Below are positions 38,488 through 48,182 of a stretch of 64,000 nucleotides of DNA, piece by piece. Source of the stretch: a virus; IMG/VR virus record IMGVR_UViG_3300025141_000026. One strand, 5' to 3'. Every line of letters begins with the position of its first letter. Position 1 is the first letter of the stretch. The notes under the pieces are model-generated. The model saw only the letters and a list, made by a program, of their open reading frames with translations. It did no database searches and was not told where the DNA came from. A program made the position numbers and the translations under genes.

Positions 38488-39851
38488 TTGTGGTTCTCCA
38501 AGAAATTTCTCAGATCTTCAGGCGTTCCAATCCCCCACATTCCATCAAAGTGAAAAGTTTTTATTTTTTTACCATCTGTTATAGCCTCGTTGAAAACCGG
38601 ACAGACATAAAACTCATTATTTACTCTAGTATTATTTTCAATCATTTGTTCTGCATATTTTACATAATCAGAACCTTTTTTCCAATAATAAATGCCGGTG
38701 GTCGCAATATCACTAATTGGCTTTTTTTCAGCTACCTCAGTCACATATCCATCTGAGTCTAGCTTGGCAAAGCTCCACTTGGGATGAGTCGCTGTAAAAG
38801 TTAACATTCCCCCGTCGATCTCATCAGCCTCCATGGAATACATAAATTCATTACTATCCCAGTCCAAAAATTGATCAGAATTCGCATATAATAGGGGCTC
38901 ATCATTGTCGATGAATTCTTTAGCTAATAGTGTGGTGCATGCTGCGCCTTCAGTCATTCCATCAACTTGAACGACTTCACAATCTGGTGATATCAAATTC
39001 AAAAGGTGTTTCAGATTGTACTGCTCATAATGCTCTTTTTGAACCACAAAAATGTGTTTTGCATCTATGTTTAGGTTTTCCACAACAACCTGTATCATTG
39101 GCTTTCCATTTACCTCAATCAAAGGTTTTGGGAATGTGTATCCAGCTTGTTGAAATCTAGATCCTGCTCCAGCCATCGGTATAAGAACGTTCATTTTTCC
39201 TCCTTGCCACTTTGGTTTTGTATTGTTTTGTTTATTTATTCTTTTTATATGGTTGATTATTTTGTCGTATTGTACATCTTCACAATTTTTCACAGCATGT
39301 AAATGTGCACCGCTATTAATAGCTGCTGTTCTACCATGGTGAGAATCTTCTACGACTAACGTCTCATGGGGGTCTACATTAGCTCTTAGCATGCATTTTA
39401 GATATATCTCTGAGCTTGGTTTTGGTCTCTGCACATCTTGGTTTGAATACAAGAAATCAATATGTTCAAAAAAGCCTTTTCTTAAGAGTTGAAGTTTTGC
39501 AGTTTCCCTAATTGAATTTGTAGCACATGCTATCATCAAACCTTGAGATTTTATTTTTTTCAGTATTTTACAAACTCTCTCATCTCTAGAAAAATTATCA
39601 ATTATCTCGATTGTCTTTTTTTGTTTAGTCTTCCATATGATATTGTGCAAACTTTTGTCTAAACCTTTTCTTTCAGACAATAAATTCAGTTTTTTTGTGG
39701 TAGAAAGACCATCAAAAATTGATAAGTGTTCTTTTTTATTTATTACATACTTCTCATCAACATCTGCCAAGGCTGCGTTGAGAGCTTCATAGTGGATTTC
39801 TCTAGCGTTTACTAAAACTCCATCTAAATCAAAAACAACAAATTTAATCAT
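38484..39851 (-). CDS. HAD phosphatase fused to a sugar-phosphate nucleotidyltransferase
   Basis: FDLDGVL...PKP..EIY...VEDS (HAD) followed by IPMAGAGSRF...PKPLIEV...NSDQ...EKKPIS...GIGTPEDL (NTP transferase). Confidence 0.85.
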   Translation of the reverse strand: MIKFVVFDLDGVLVNAREIHYEALNAALADVDEKYVINKKEHLSIFDGLSTTKKLNLLSERKGLDKSLHNIIWKTKQKKTIEIIDNFSRDERVCKILKKIKSQGLMIACATNSIRETAKLQLLRKGFFEHIDFLYSNQDVQRPKPSSEIYLKCMLRANVDPHETLVVEDSHHGRTAAINSGAHLHAVKNCEDVQYDKIINHIKRINKQNNTKPKWQGGKMNVLIPMAGAGSRFQQAGYTFPKPLIEVNGKPMIQVVVENLNIDAKHIFVVQKEHYEQYNLKHLLNLISPDCEVVQVDGMTEGAACTTLLAKEFIDNDEPLLYANSDQFLDWDSNEFMYSMEADEIDGGMLTFTATHPKWSFAKLDSDGYVTEVAEKKPISDIATTGIYYWKKGSDYVKYAEQMIENNTRVNNEFYVCPVFNEAITDGKKIKTFHFDGMWGIGTPEDLRNFLENHK

Positions 39852-40773
39852 CTCTAAAACGCTCCTCTTTATTTATTGGGTGCTGGTCAATATCTCCCTG
39901 TTTGCCTAAATCTAGCCAAATATCGCCCTCATTCCAACCAATATAATTTTTATCTTTTAGTTGTATGTCTTTTTCAAAATAATAGTATTGAACAAAATTC
40001 GGCACCTTTGGAGGAGACGGGGGACTATCAATAAAATCTTTAGACCATTTAGTCAGCCACCCAACATAAGAGGGTTGAGTTTTCCATGTATCTTTCCACT
40101 TCCAATAAAAAATTTGCGTGGTGTGATACCATGCCTCATCCCAAAGTGGGTTAGATTTTATTTCTAACCAGTCACTATTTCCTCCTTGATATTCTGGAGT
40201 GTCTAGCGGCATAGCGTCTGCTTCATTTAGCAACCTTCCATGAACTACATCGTTGATCAGAGAATGTTCTTTATTGTAAATAAGTGCTCTAATATAGTAG
40301 TCGGCTTCTTTGTTTCCGGGGGTCAAAAACCTTTCATCCCACATGCCAATCTTTTTCACCGCATCAGGTCGATAGCTAACAATGTTATCACCCAAGCGAC
40401 CTGTTACAAAAGTGTACTTTTGGTGCATCTTTAGTAAATTTGTAGCCCAGTTTGAATCCAAAACAATATCGTTTTGCATAGTAACCACAATTTTACTATC
40501 AGGGTTATTTAAATCGACAAAACCATGAACTAAAGCTTGATTCCAATTTCTTGCCAAGTTACCGGTGTCCCAATCGGGGCGGGCGTTGTTGTGTATAACG
40601 TTCACCCTGTCCTTGAAGCGATCCTCTATAGAAAACTCTGAGTGGTTGTTGATTATATTTACTTCAGTGTTTTGTATAGATGGAAAATCAGTCTTATTGA
40701 AGAGAGTGTCTAGAGTTTTATTCAGGATTTCTGTTCTCCTGTATGTGACAATATATATTTTTATATTTTTCAT
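39844..40773 (-). CDS. GT-A fold glycosyltransferase (GT2-like)
   Basis: IYIVTYRR, IINN, QNDIV, KKIGMWDERF...EADY. Confidence 0.65.
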   Translation of the reverse strand: MKNIKIYIVTYRRTEILNKTLDTLFNKTDFPSIQNTEVNIINNHSEFSIEDRFKDRVNVIHNNARPDWDTGNLARNWNQALVHGFVDLNNPDSKIVVTMQNDIVLDSNWATNLLKMHQKYTFVTGRLGDNIVSYRPDAVKKIGMWDERFLTPGNKEADYYIRALIYNKEHSLINDVVHGRLLNEADAMPLDTPEYQGGNSDWLEIKSNPLWDEAWYHTTQIFYWKWKDTWKTQPSYVGWLTKWSKDFIDSPPSPPKVPNFVQYYYFEKDIQLKDKNYIGWNEGDIWLDLGKQGDIDQHPINKEERFRDD

Positions 40774-41417
40774 TCTCTATCGACCTCCTTCAAAACCGCC
40801 TCCCAGTCACTTTCTGTATCTATGTCCATATTATACGGTTTAGAAATTGAGTAAAAATATGGATTTTGACCAATTCTACTAGACGTTGATAATACCACAG
40901 AGGGTTTAAATATGTAAAATGCAGAATTTTCTTCGTAAACAACGGGTAAATCTTGAGTCTGCTCTAATCTTAGAGGGTTGTGGTTGATTGGGCAAAAGCC
41001 ATATTTTTCTTTTCTCCAAAATCTAGAATTATAAGTATTACAAGATACAACTGAATCGTGTTCAGTCATATATTTGTATGCGTCCTTTATAATATCTGCG
41101 TTCAAAAAAGGACTAGTGACATGCACCTGAGCGATTGGGTCATGTACGTTATATCTTGTAATAAAATTTAGGATTAGATCACAAACCGATATGGAATCGC
41201 CTACGAGAGCTTCATCTCTCATAAAGACATTGACATTAGAAAGACGTGAATCGCTGTTGATGCTTTTATATATTTCATCACTATCAGTGTCCACATGCAC
41301 TTCCAGATCTCCATATTTCAAGAGCGAGTGCTTGTACAGAGGCTCGCCTTTGAATGTTCTAAAATTCTTTTGAGGGACGCGCTGGGAGTTTTGTTTTATA
41401 GGTACGAATATTTTCAT
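40770..41417 (-). CDS. CMP-sialic acid/Kdo synthetase-like cytidylyltransferase (NeuA family)
   Basis: PIKQNSQRVPQKN, VDTDS, TSPF, TQDL..VYEENS, DIDTESD. Confidence 0.85.
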   Translation of the reverse strand: MKIFVPIKQNSQRVPQKNFRTFKGEPLYKHSLLKYGDLEVHVDTDSDEIYKSINSDSRLSNVNVFMRDEALVGDSISVCDLILNFITRYNVHDPIAQVHVTSPFLNADIIKDAYKYMTEHDSVVSCNTYNSRFWRKEKYGFCPINHNPLRLEQTQDLPVVYEENSAFYIFKPSVVLSTSSRIGQNPYFYSISKPYNMDIDTESDWEAVLKEVDRE

Positions 41418-42598
41418 TCTATTTCTTGCAAAGCTTCCCTGATCATGTTACAACCTATAATTGCATCTTCTTCACTCAAAGCAAGATTTGGTCTTAGGCG
41501 TATTGAATTTGCTCCGGTGGAGTTACAAATCATACCCTTGTCATAAAGAATTCTCATCAACCTGTCTCTTGTTTCAGTATTCTTCAGGTCAAATCCTATT
41601 ATCAAACCTTTAGATCTAAAATTATCAATCCCAGAAACATCAGATAGCAAATTCCTTATTTGCTCTCCTCTTTTATTCACATTATCCAATACAGAGCCTT
41701 CTTGAAACTCTTGAATGATGTATTTGCACCGTATCATATCAAGCGTATCCGAATTCCAAGTCACTTCTAGTCGGGGCACATCTTCTTTGCTAAAAATATC
41801 ACTAAATTTTTTAGTTACCATCAACCCAGACACCTGCGTCTTTTTACCAAAGACAACTATATCTGGGGTTATTCCGAGATGCTCGAAATACCACAATTTT
41901 CCTGTAGCTCCAAAGCCTACCTGAATTTCATCGAATACCATTGGCACATCATATTTGTCACACAAATTTCTGAGCTTAGAAAAGAACTCCTTGTCGTGAT
42001 GGATATCACCCGCTGTACACTGTATTGGCTCGACAACAATGCACGTTACAGGATTATCTTCACTGCTCATATTCTTTTCAACTTCTTCTAAGTCATAGTT
42101 GCATTTTGTTGAAAAAAGTTCTGGTATTCCTTTTAGTCTCTTGAGGGAAGTGGAGAATCTGCCCGTTATAAAACCTCCGTAGCTGTTGACACCGTGGAAG
42201 CTATTGTTGAAAGATAAGACATTAAGATTTTTATAATTTTTATAATGTAGGCTTATTTTTATTGCCGCTTCAACTGCTAGTGCTCCTGTAGAGCAATAAT
42301 GAAAGTTGGAAAATGTATTGTCTAAAGAGCAATAGGAGCTAAATTGCTTATCGAATTCTTCTGTTTCATCAGAAACAAATTCACAATTAGTAACTTTCAC
42401 ATGTGAGCATCTAATAATTTCATCTTGAAACTGTTTGGTTTTGAAAACTTCATGATTATAGCCAAGGGGTAAAGATGCATACATGCCAAAGAAATCTAAA
42501 TATTTTCTATTAGAATTCTTATCATACAAGTATGCTCCGGAGCTTTTATCAAAATCAATTTTTATGTTGAAAATGCTACCCCTAGCTATATTATTCAT
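41414..42598 (-). CDS. Class III PLP aminotransferase (L-lysine epsilon-aminotransferase-like)
   Basis: YLDFFGMYASLPLGYNH, TGALAVEAA.K, SFHG, VEPIQ, FDEIQVG.GATG, DIVVFGKKTQV; likely start ATG 42598. Confidence 0.85.
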   Translation of the reverse strand: MNNIARGSIFNIKIDFDKSSGAYLYDKNSNRKYLDFFGMYASLPLGYNHEVFKTKQFQDEIIRCSHVKVTNCEFVSDETEEFDKQFSSYCSLDNTFSNFHYCSTGALAVEAAIKISLHYKNYKNLNVLSFNNSFHGVNSYGGFITGRFSTSLKRLKGIPELFSTKCNYDLEEVEKNMSSEDNPVTCIVVEPIQCTAGDIHHDKEFFSKLRNLCDKYDVPMVFDEIQVGFGATGKLWYFEHLGITPDIVVFGKKTQVSGLMVTKKFSDIFSKEDVPRLEVTWNSDTLDMIRCKYIIQEFQEGSVLDNVNKRGEQIRNLLSDVSGIDNFRSKGLIIGFDLKNTETRDRLMRILYDKGMICNSTGANSIRLRPNLALSEEDAIIGCNMIREALQEIE

Positions 42599-43730
42599 TG
42601 TAATGGTCTCCTTCCGGATATGTATGTTCAACATCGTCGCGACTCACAGCCAAGCGTATAGACTGCTCTTTGCCATGTCCAGTGATTTTATGCACAACAC
42701 CCTTTGGTATAAAAACAAAATCGCCTTCTTTTACAACAGATGTTTCTCCATCTATTTCCCACTCCCACTCACCCTTTATGATATACCACCACTCATTCCA
42801 ATCCGGGTGATAATGTCTCCTATTTCCTTCTCCGGGCATTTGAGCAATCAAGGTAGCACTGTTATTTTCTGTATTTATCGCCCTATAACACCAACTAGAA
42901 TTTGGATCATTAGATCCAATAATGTCTTCTATGTTTACAATCATTTGATTGGCTAAATTGTAGCTAGAAGATTTTACTCCATCTTTTGACAAAATCTCTG
43001 GTACGTCAACTTCTGTATGCTCTTGACCATAATATCGCTTTGCAAAACTTCTATTTTTAGATAAGCTTCGAGCAACTGTTTCAGCTAACTGGAATTCTTC
43101 TTCGTTGTCAATATCGACAGTGGAATATCCTTTAAGTGTGAAAAAGTCTATTTTGCCGTCGCCGCCATGATAGGCAGCACCATATTTTTCAATATTTTCT
43201 AGATAGTTGTCTTTTCTCCACCCCATCAAAGAGCATCCGTAGGCTTTGATTGGAGTAAGAGTTTGTGATGGAGGCGTTTGCTTTTTTTGAAAAAAGTTGA
43301 TAGGTGCGCCGTCATACATTGCCTCTATTTGTACATCAATCATAGATATGAGTGTGTCCAACCCATTATAAACAAATTGTTTTACAAATTGCTGTATTTC
43401 TTCTGTCGAGATAAACGGGGACGTTGGCAATATTTGTATCACAATGTCGCAATCAACATTATTGAAGAAATCCTGTGTAAATTCATCATTGCTGGCTGTA
43501 TCAGATGCAAATTCATCTGGTCTTTTATAAAAGTTTACATCTGATTCTAGCGCTATCTCCTTTATAATGTCCGACTCTGAATTGACCCATATTTCATCAA
43601 AGCACCCCGCTTCTTTCGCAGCGTCGATGGCATATTGAATTAGCGGCTTACCATTCAAAAGGCGTATATTTTTTTTTGGGATTCTTTTGCTACCCATTCG
43701 TGCGGGTATCATTGCTACTATTTTTGACAA
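42591..43730 (-). CDS. NeuA-like CMP-sugar synthetase fused to a C-terminal cupin
   Basis: IPARMGSKRIPKKN...PTSPF...DIDNEEEF, followed by the cupin HYHPDWNEWWYI..GE...GD..FIP.G..H. Confidence 0.85.
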   Translation of the reverse strand: MSKIVAMIPARMGSKRIPKKNIRLLNGKPLIQYAIDAAKEAGCFDEIWVNSESDIIKEIALESDVNFYKRPDEFASDTASNDEFTQDFFNNVDCDIVIQILPTSPFISTEEIQQFVKQFVYNGLDTLISMIDVQIEAMYDGAPINFFQKKQTPPSQTLTPIKAYGCSLMGWRKDNYLENIEKYGAAYHGGDGKIDFFTLKGYSTVDIDNEEEFQLAETVARSLSKNRSFAKRYYGQEHTEVDVPEILSKDGVKSSSYNLANQMIVNIEDIIGSNDPNSSWCYRAINTENNSATLIAQMPGEGNRRHYHPDWNEWWYIIKGEWEWEIDGETSVVKEGDFVFIPKGVVHKITGHGKEQSIRLAVSRDDVEHTYPEGDHYNE

Positions 43731-43744
43731 TTTTATGACCTCTT

Positions 43745-45655
43745 TTATTGTGTGGTGTGCAGGATTTTTGGCAATTTCTTAAACTTATCTATTCTCTTGT
43801 GCAAATCAATATCATATAACCCCTCTTTCACGTCGGGATCCATTATAAACCTGTTGTCGCTTTCTAAGACATTTATGCAATGCATCATTTGCGACATTTG
43901 GTCATGTAATAGTTTGTCAGGTCCTAAATAAGATCCGTCATTTCCTTGTGCGTTGATGTATGCAGGATTATACTTGTCTTTTATATCTTTGACAACACCA
44001 AAATTATAAAAATTAACACCAAATACAGCCAACTCTTTCAAAGGGCAACTTAGTAACATATTCAGCGCACCGTACCCTGAATTGAAATTGCCACTGTAAT
44101 AAGTATACATGTTTTTGCCAACTTTTTCAACGTGTGGTTTCGCATAAACTTCCCAGTATAAAGCCCACCTTTCCCACGTCCCATCTTCATTTTGCAAGTG
44201 AGCTAAAGGTACATTATATTCTTTTAGATAATCGTTGTATTCTTTGACAACAGAATGCCAATCGCCGCTCCCCGGATAGGGATATTCTCGCGCAACTGTG
44301 TCATTGCAAATAATGAACTTTGGTCTGCTCTCTACAGGAGTTTTTTCTAAAAAATTTGCCACCTTGGGGCTATAGCTAGAATTTAAACAACTCTGAACAA
44401 TATCTGTTCGGCTACCAAAATCACTAGTGTCCCATATCTCTGGCTGTACTCTCACAACAACATCATAGCTATCTATTAGACTTCCTTTACCTTTCCCAGA
44501 TAGACACGGTGCTGGTCCTACAAAGGCGACTCTTTTTCCTCTAAGATATTCTTGTAAATCTTTATTGGTTTGTGCATTCTTTATAAATAAAGAATCATTA
44601 TTTTCCATTGTCTGATAAATATCAACACATTCATTCGCACTTATGTTTCTATATTCTTTTAGTTCATCATTTATGTTTTTTACTATGTTTATCCACGGGT
44701 CTTCTTTAGTCTTTAGAGTTTCAAAAGTGACATCTCTACGCAATATATTTTCGACCCTATTCCTGAACTCTGGGTGTAAAACCATAAATTGCTTTTCGAT
44801 ATCAAACTCTTTATTTGAAAAGAATTCATGTTCTAGATTAAAAACATTCTCTATCTTTTCTTTGTTGAAGTAGTTTACATCAGGTGGGGAAGAAGCTGGT
44901 GTAACGTCTTTGTCTCTAAAGATGTTTACAAAGGCTTTTTTTATAAGCAAGCTGTCATCATATTCTTGAGGCAACGATGCAAACATACTCAGCACTTTCT
45001 GCTTTTTGAAAGAAGGTCTTATCCACTTCCACATTTCGTCCATTTTATACTTGCTATATGCACCGTCTTTATTATACTCAGACTCCTCATTGCTAAACCC
45101 ATTATCATATATAATCTTATGACTACATATAACGTTTTTCATGAAGGGAAGCTCTTGAATATTAAACATGTGGCATGAGTCAACATCAACAGAAAAATTT
45201 GTGCAAAGAGGAAAAAACCATCGTAGTAATGTGTGGTGGACAACCTTTAGTCCAAAGTGTGTAAACGGAATGCAAGAGTAATCTTTGCTCTCATAGTATT
45301 TCTTGTCGGAAGCATATGGTGTTTGAAGATTCTTGCCGGGATAGTAAGTCAATACCGCTGGGTTGTGTTCGAGATCTTCGATTATTTGCTCTTTGACCCC
45401 TAAACTTCTTTGTGGTCGCAAAATATAGTCATAATCTATGAATGCGTAATAATCATATTTCTTGGGAACGAGTTCACACAACGTGTCTCTTGTTTGCGCC
45501 CACTTAGTGTTAGGGCAAAATTTTAGAGCATCTTCGTGTTCAGCATCATGAGTGACAAAATAAAAATCACAGTCCTCTTTATCCCTAAAGTAGTTCACAT
45601 GATCTTGATTCGGAATTTCAGGCGTTACTTGTAAAACACAAAGCCTCTTTCTCAT
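43745..45655 (-). CDS. Two-domain glycosyltransferase: N-terminal GT-A-like (DYD) plus C-terminal GT29 sialyltransferase-like domain
   Basis: RVAFVGPAP.L.G...G..IDSYDVVVR....DFGSRTD (sialylmotif L-like), NSGYGAL.MLL....ELAVFG.NFY (motif S-like), HD...Q (VS-like). N-terminal YYAFIDYDY. Likely start ATG 45655. Confidence 0.7.
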   Translation of the reverse strand: MRKRLCVLQVTPEIPNQDHVNYFRDKEDCDFYFVTHDAEHEDALKFCPNTKWAQTRDTLCELVPKKYDYYAFIDYDYILRPQRSLGVKEQIIEDLEHNPAVLTYYPGKNLQTPYASDKKYYESKDYSCIPFTHFGLKVVHHTLLRWFFPLCTNFSVDVDSCHMFNIQELPFMKNVICSHKIIYDNGFSNEESEYNKDGAYSKYKMDEMWKWIRPSFKKQKVLSMFASLPQEYDDSLLIKKAFVNIFRDKDVTPASSPPDVNYFNKEKIENVFNLEHEFFSNKEFDIEKQFMVLHPEFRNRVENILRRDVTFETLKTKEDPWINIVKNINDELKEYRNISANECVDIYQTMENNDSLFIKNAQTNKDLQEYLRGKRVAFVGPAPCLSGKGKGSLIDSYDVVVRVQPEIWDTSDFGSRTDIVQSCLNSSYSPKVANFLEKTPVESRPKFIICNDTVAREYPYPGSGDWHSVVKEYNDYLKEYNVPLAHLQNEDGTWERWALYWEVYAKPHVEKVGKNMYTYYSGNFNSGYGALNMLLSCPLKELAVFGVNFYNFGVVKDIKDKYNPAYINAQGNDGSYLGPDKLLHDQMSQMMHCINVLESDNRFIMDPDVKEGLYDIDLHKRIDKFKKLPKILHTTQ

Positions 45656-46620
45656 AGCTCTTTTTGCCACCTTTCTATCATTTCTTCCAACATTGATTCA
45701 AAAGTATACTCAGGCTCCCATCCCAATATCTCTCTTGATTTGCTAGAATCTCCTTTCAAATATTTCAATTCTTCAGGTCTCATAAATTTTGGATTTTGAA
45801 CAATGTAATCTTCGTAATTCATTCCAAGTTTTGAAAAGACAATTTCGCACAATTCTCTAACCGAGTGTGTTTTGCCCGTAGAAACTATAAACTCATCGGC
45901 TTTATCATGGTTGATGATCATATGCATAGCTCTAACATAATCTTTAGAATGTCCCCAATCCCTATAGGAATCCATATTACCAAGTTCTAACTTATCTTGC
46001 AAGCCTTTTTTGATTGCAACTGCTCCTTTCACAACCTTGTTTGTTACAAAGTTTGATCCCCTTCGCGGAGATTCATGATTAAATAAGATACCATTGCATG
46101 CATGCAAACCATAGGCAGACCTGTAATGACGAACGAGGTTGAATCCCATAACTTTTGCACAGCCATATGGACTAACTGGAGTCATTGGTGTTGTGAGTCT
46201 TTGAACTCCATCATCATCAACAGAATTCCCAAACATCTCAGAGGAACTAGCTTGATAAAATTTTGATTCCGGACATGTGGTTCTAAAAACCTCTAACATA
46301 TTCAGGACACCAAGAGCATTTGTTTGTATGGTGAATGAAGGCATATCAAAACTAATTCTAACATGGCTCATCGCGCCTAAATTATATATTTCGTCAGGCA
46401 TGACATTAGATACAACTCTATGCAAAGAAGGGAAATCTAAAAGATCTCCATAGTGGCAATTTATTTCACCTTCAATTTTTTGCAGTCTGGCGTCTTGGTT
46501 CTCTGCGACGGAGTGCCTTCTAACCAATCCATGCACTTCGTATCCTTTAGACAATAACAATTCAGTTAGGTAACTTCCGTCTTGTCCAGAAATACCTGTA
46601 ATCAAAGCTTTTTTCTTCAT
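45652..46620 (-). CDS. gmd: GDP-mannose 4,6-dehydratase
   Basis: ALITGISGQDGSYL, YNLGAMSHV, YQASSSEMFG, SPYGCAK, LFNHESPRRG.NFVT.K, RDWGH. Confidence 0.95.
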   Translation of the reverse strand: MKKKALITGISGQDGSYLTELLLSKGYEVHGLVRRHSVAENQDARLQKIEGEINCHYGDLLDFPSLHRVVSNVMPDEIYNLGAMSHVRISFDMPSFTIQTNALGVLNMLEVFRTTCPESKFYQASSSEMFGNSVDDDGVQRLTTPMTPVSPYGCAKVMGFNLVRHYRSAYGLHACNGILFNHESPRRGSNFVTNKVVKGAVAIKKGLQDKLELGNMDSYRDWGHSKDYVRAMHMIINHDKADEFIVSTGKTHSVRELCEIVFSKLGMNYEDYIVQNPKFMRPEELKYLKGDSSKSREILGWEPEYTFESMLEEMIERWQKEL

Positions 46621-47219
46621 TTTTGTTCCTTGAAAATTTTCATTTGCGTTAAGTCAGCCCACTCATTTATATTCCATACTCTTGCTGGCTGTTTAATAGC
46701 TTGGGGCAATTTTTGTAATCCCATCTCTGCTGTCTCTGGGGTCATGTAGTAATGGTACCCTACCATATCTATATCTTGTTTCACCCATGGAACCTCGTTT
46801 GGTTCCCTACCATCATAACTCATTTTTCTCAAAATTTTAGATACTTTTTCATCATCAGTCAAGATAATTCCACCACGCCCCAAGCTTAAGTGTTTTTTGA
46901 ATTGAAAGCTTACACACATGAACGTATTTTTTATATAGCTGTTTTTTTGCCATAATACCGCAGCATCAATTATATTAGTCTCTCCAATATAATAGAAGTT
47001 TTGCCAACTCTCATCTTTCCACTTTAGATCAATATTGAGTTTATTAGCCAGCATTGGGATTGATAAATAAGTTCTCTTCGGCACAGTTATAGATTTTACT
47101 TTTTGCTGTCTCAGGCAAAGCTCTATACCGTGTGTGCAACAGTCTACAGCTACTGCGTGAGGAGAGCCAAAAAAAGACGCTATTTGATTTTCAAACTCTC
47201 TAACTTTTTCAAAACTCAT
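46617..47219 (-). CDS. Short DegT/DnrJ/EryC1/StrS sugar aminotransferase (~200 aa)
   Basis: FE..IA.FFG..HAVAVDCCT.G, IIDAA, SFQFKKHL..G.GG.ILTDD, GYHYYM; likely start ATG 47219. Confidence 0.8.
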   Translation of the reverse strand: MSFEKVREFENQIASFFGSPHAVAVDCCTHGIELCLRQQKVKSITVPKRTYLSIPMLANKLNIDLKWKDESWQNFYYIGETNIIDAAVLWQKNSYIKNTFMCVSFQFKKHLSLGRGGIILTDDEKVSKILRKMSYDGREPNEVPWVKQDIDMVGYHYYMTPETAEMGLQKLPQAIKQPARVWNINEWADLTQMKIFKEQK

Positions 47220-47755
47220 TTTACACACTCCACATTTAAGCTAATCAAAGTTCCATTCTCTTTATCCATATGTGGCAAATATGCTTGGGAGTGATCATCA
47301 TGTATGTGATGCTCCGTATCTCTCCAATCATATTCCTTTATGCTAGTAAAGCCTATGCTTATTAGTAACTCTTTGAGGGTTGAAAAATCATACGTTGTTT
47401 TGTGGAATATTTTTTTATCACTCATTTTCATTTTGCCATACAATGGTCCAAGAAAGTTGTTCAGTGGATAATCGCCATTGCAATAAAGTTTTGCAATAAT
47501 CTCAAAATTTGGCACTGCTAATCTTAGAATGCCGCCGGTTTTCAGGACTCTTTTCCACTCAGATAAAACCGCAACGACCTCTTCTCTGTCAAAATATTCT
47601 ATAACATGAGATGCGTAAATAAGGTCAACGATATTATCTTCAAGTTGTTCTAGGCTTTGAATATCACTGTAATCTAAGTGTGGATAATCTCCTCCATCAA
47701 TATGAGTCCAATCTGAGCCGAAATCTCTCCAGCCGCATCCCATATTTATTTTCAT
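47216..47755 (-). CDS. Class I SAM-dependent methyltransferase
   Basis: KINMGCG, DLIYASHVIEY, W.RVLK.GG.LRLAVP. Confidence 0.85.
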   Translation of the reverse strand: MKINMGCGWRDFGSDWTHIDGGDYPHLDYSDIQSLEQLEDNIVDLIYASHVIEYFDREEVVAVLSEWKRVLKTGGILRLAVPNFEIIAKLYCNGDYPLNNFLGPLYGKMKMSDKKIFHKTTYDFSTLKELLISIGFTSIKEYDWRDTEHHIHDDHSQAYLPHMDKENGTLISLNVECVK

Positions 47756-47759
47756 ATTA

Positions 47760-48182
47760 TCACTCTATAAATTCCTTATCTAATTTTTGACCCAAGTATG
47801 GTCCAGTTTTGAATTCATACACTTGGGTGTTGTCTTCTAAAACTTCATAATTGTGACCACCAAAAAGCGTTATTGAACAGTCTCCTTGCTCTATTATATC
47901 CTCATGTATAATGCTGTCATCTAGATCATAATATATGACTTTTACTGATCCTCTAATAACCACCCAAGATTCTTGGGCAATAGTTTTGTCATTGAAGTCT
48001 TTATATATGTGTTTGTGAGGGGCAAATGTTTTCCCCTCGTCCATTTTTAATACAGCTAATTGTAAAAAGTTATCATCTTCAATGACGTCAAGTCTAGATG
48101 TTTCATCAAATAAGCTTTTTTTTATAATTTTATGAAGCAGCTTATTTTTTTCTATTTTAGAATAGATGTTTACAACACTCAT
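47760..48182 (-). CDS. Cupin-fold sugar isomerase/epimerase (WbuC-like)
   Basis: PHKH...QESWVVIRG...GGHNY...EFKTGPY. Confidence 0.7.
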   Translation of the reverse strand: MSVVNIYSKIEKNKLLHKIIKKSLFDETSRLDVIEDDNFLQLAVLKMDEGKTFAPHKHIYKDFNDKTIAQESWVVIRGSVKVIYYDLDDSIIHEDIIEQGDCSITLFGGHNYEVLEDNTQVYEFKTGPYLGQKLDKEFIE

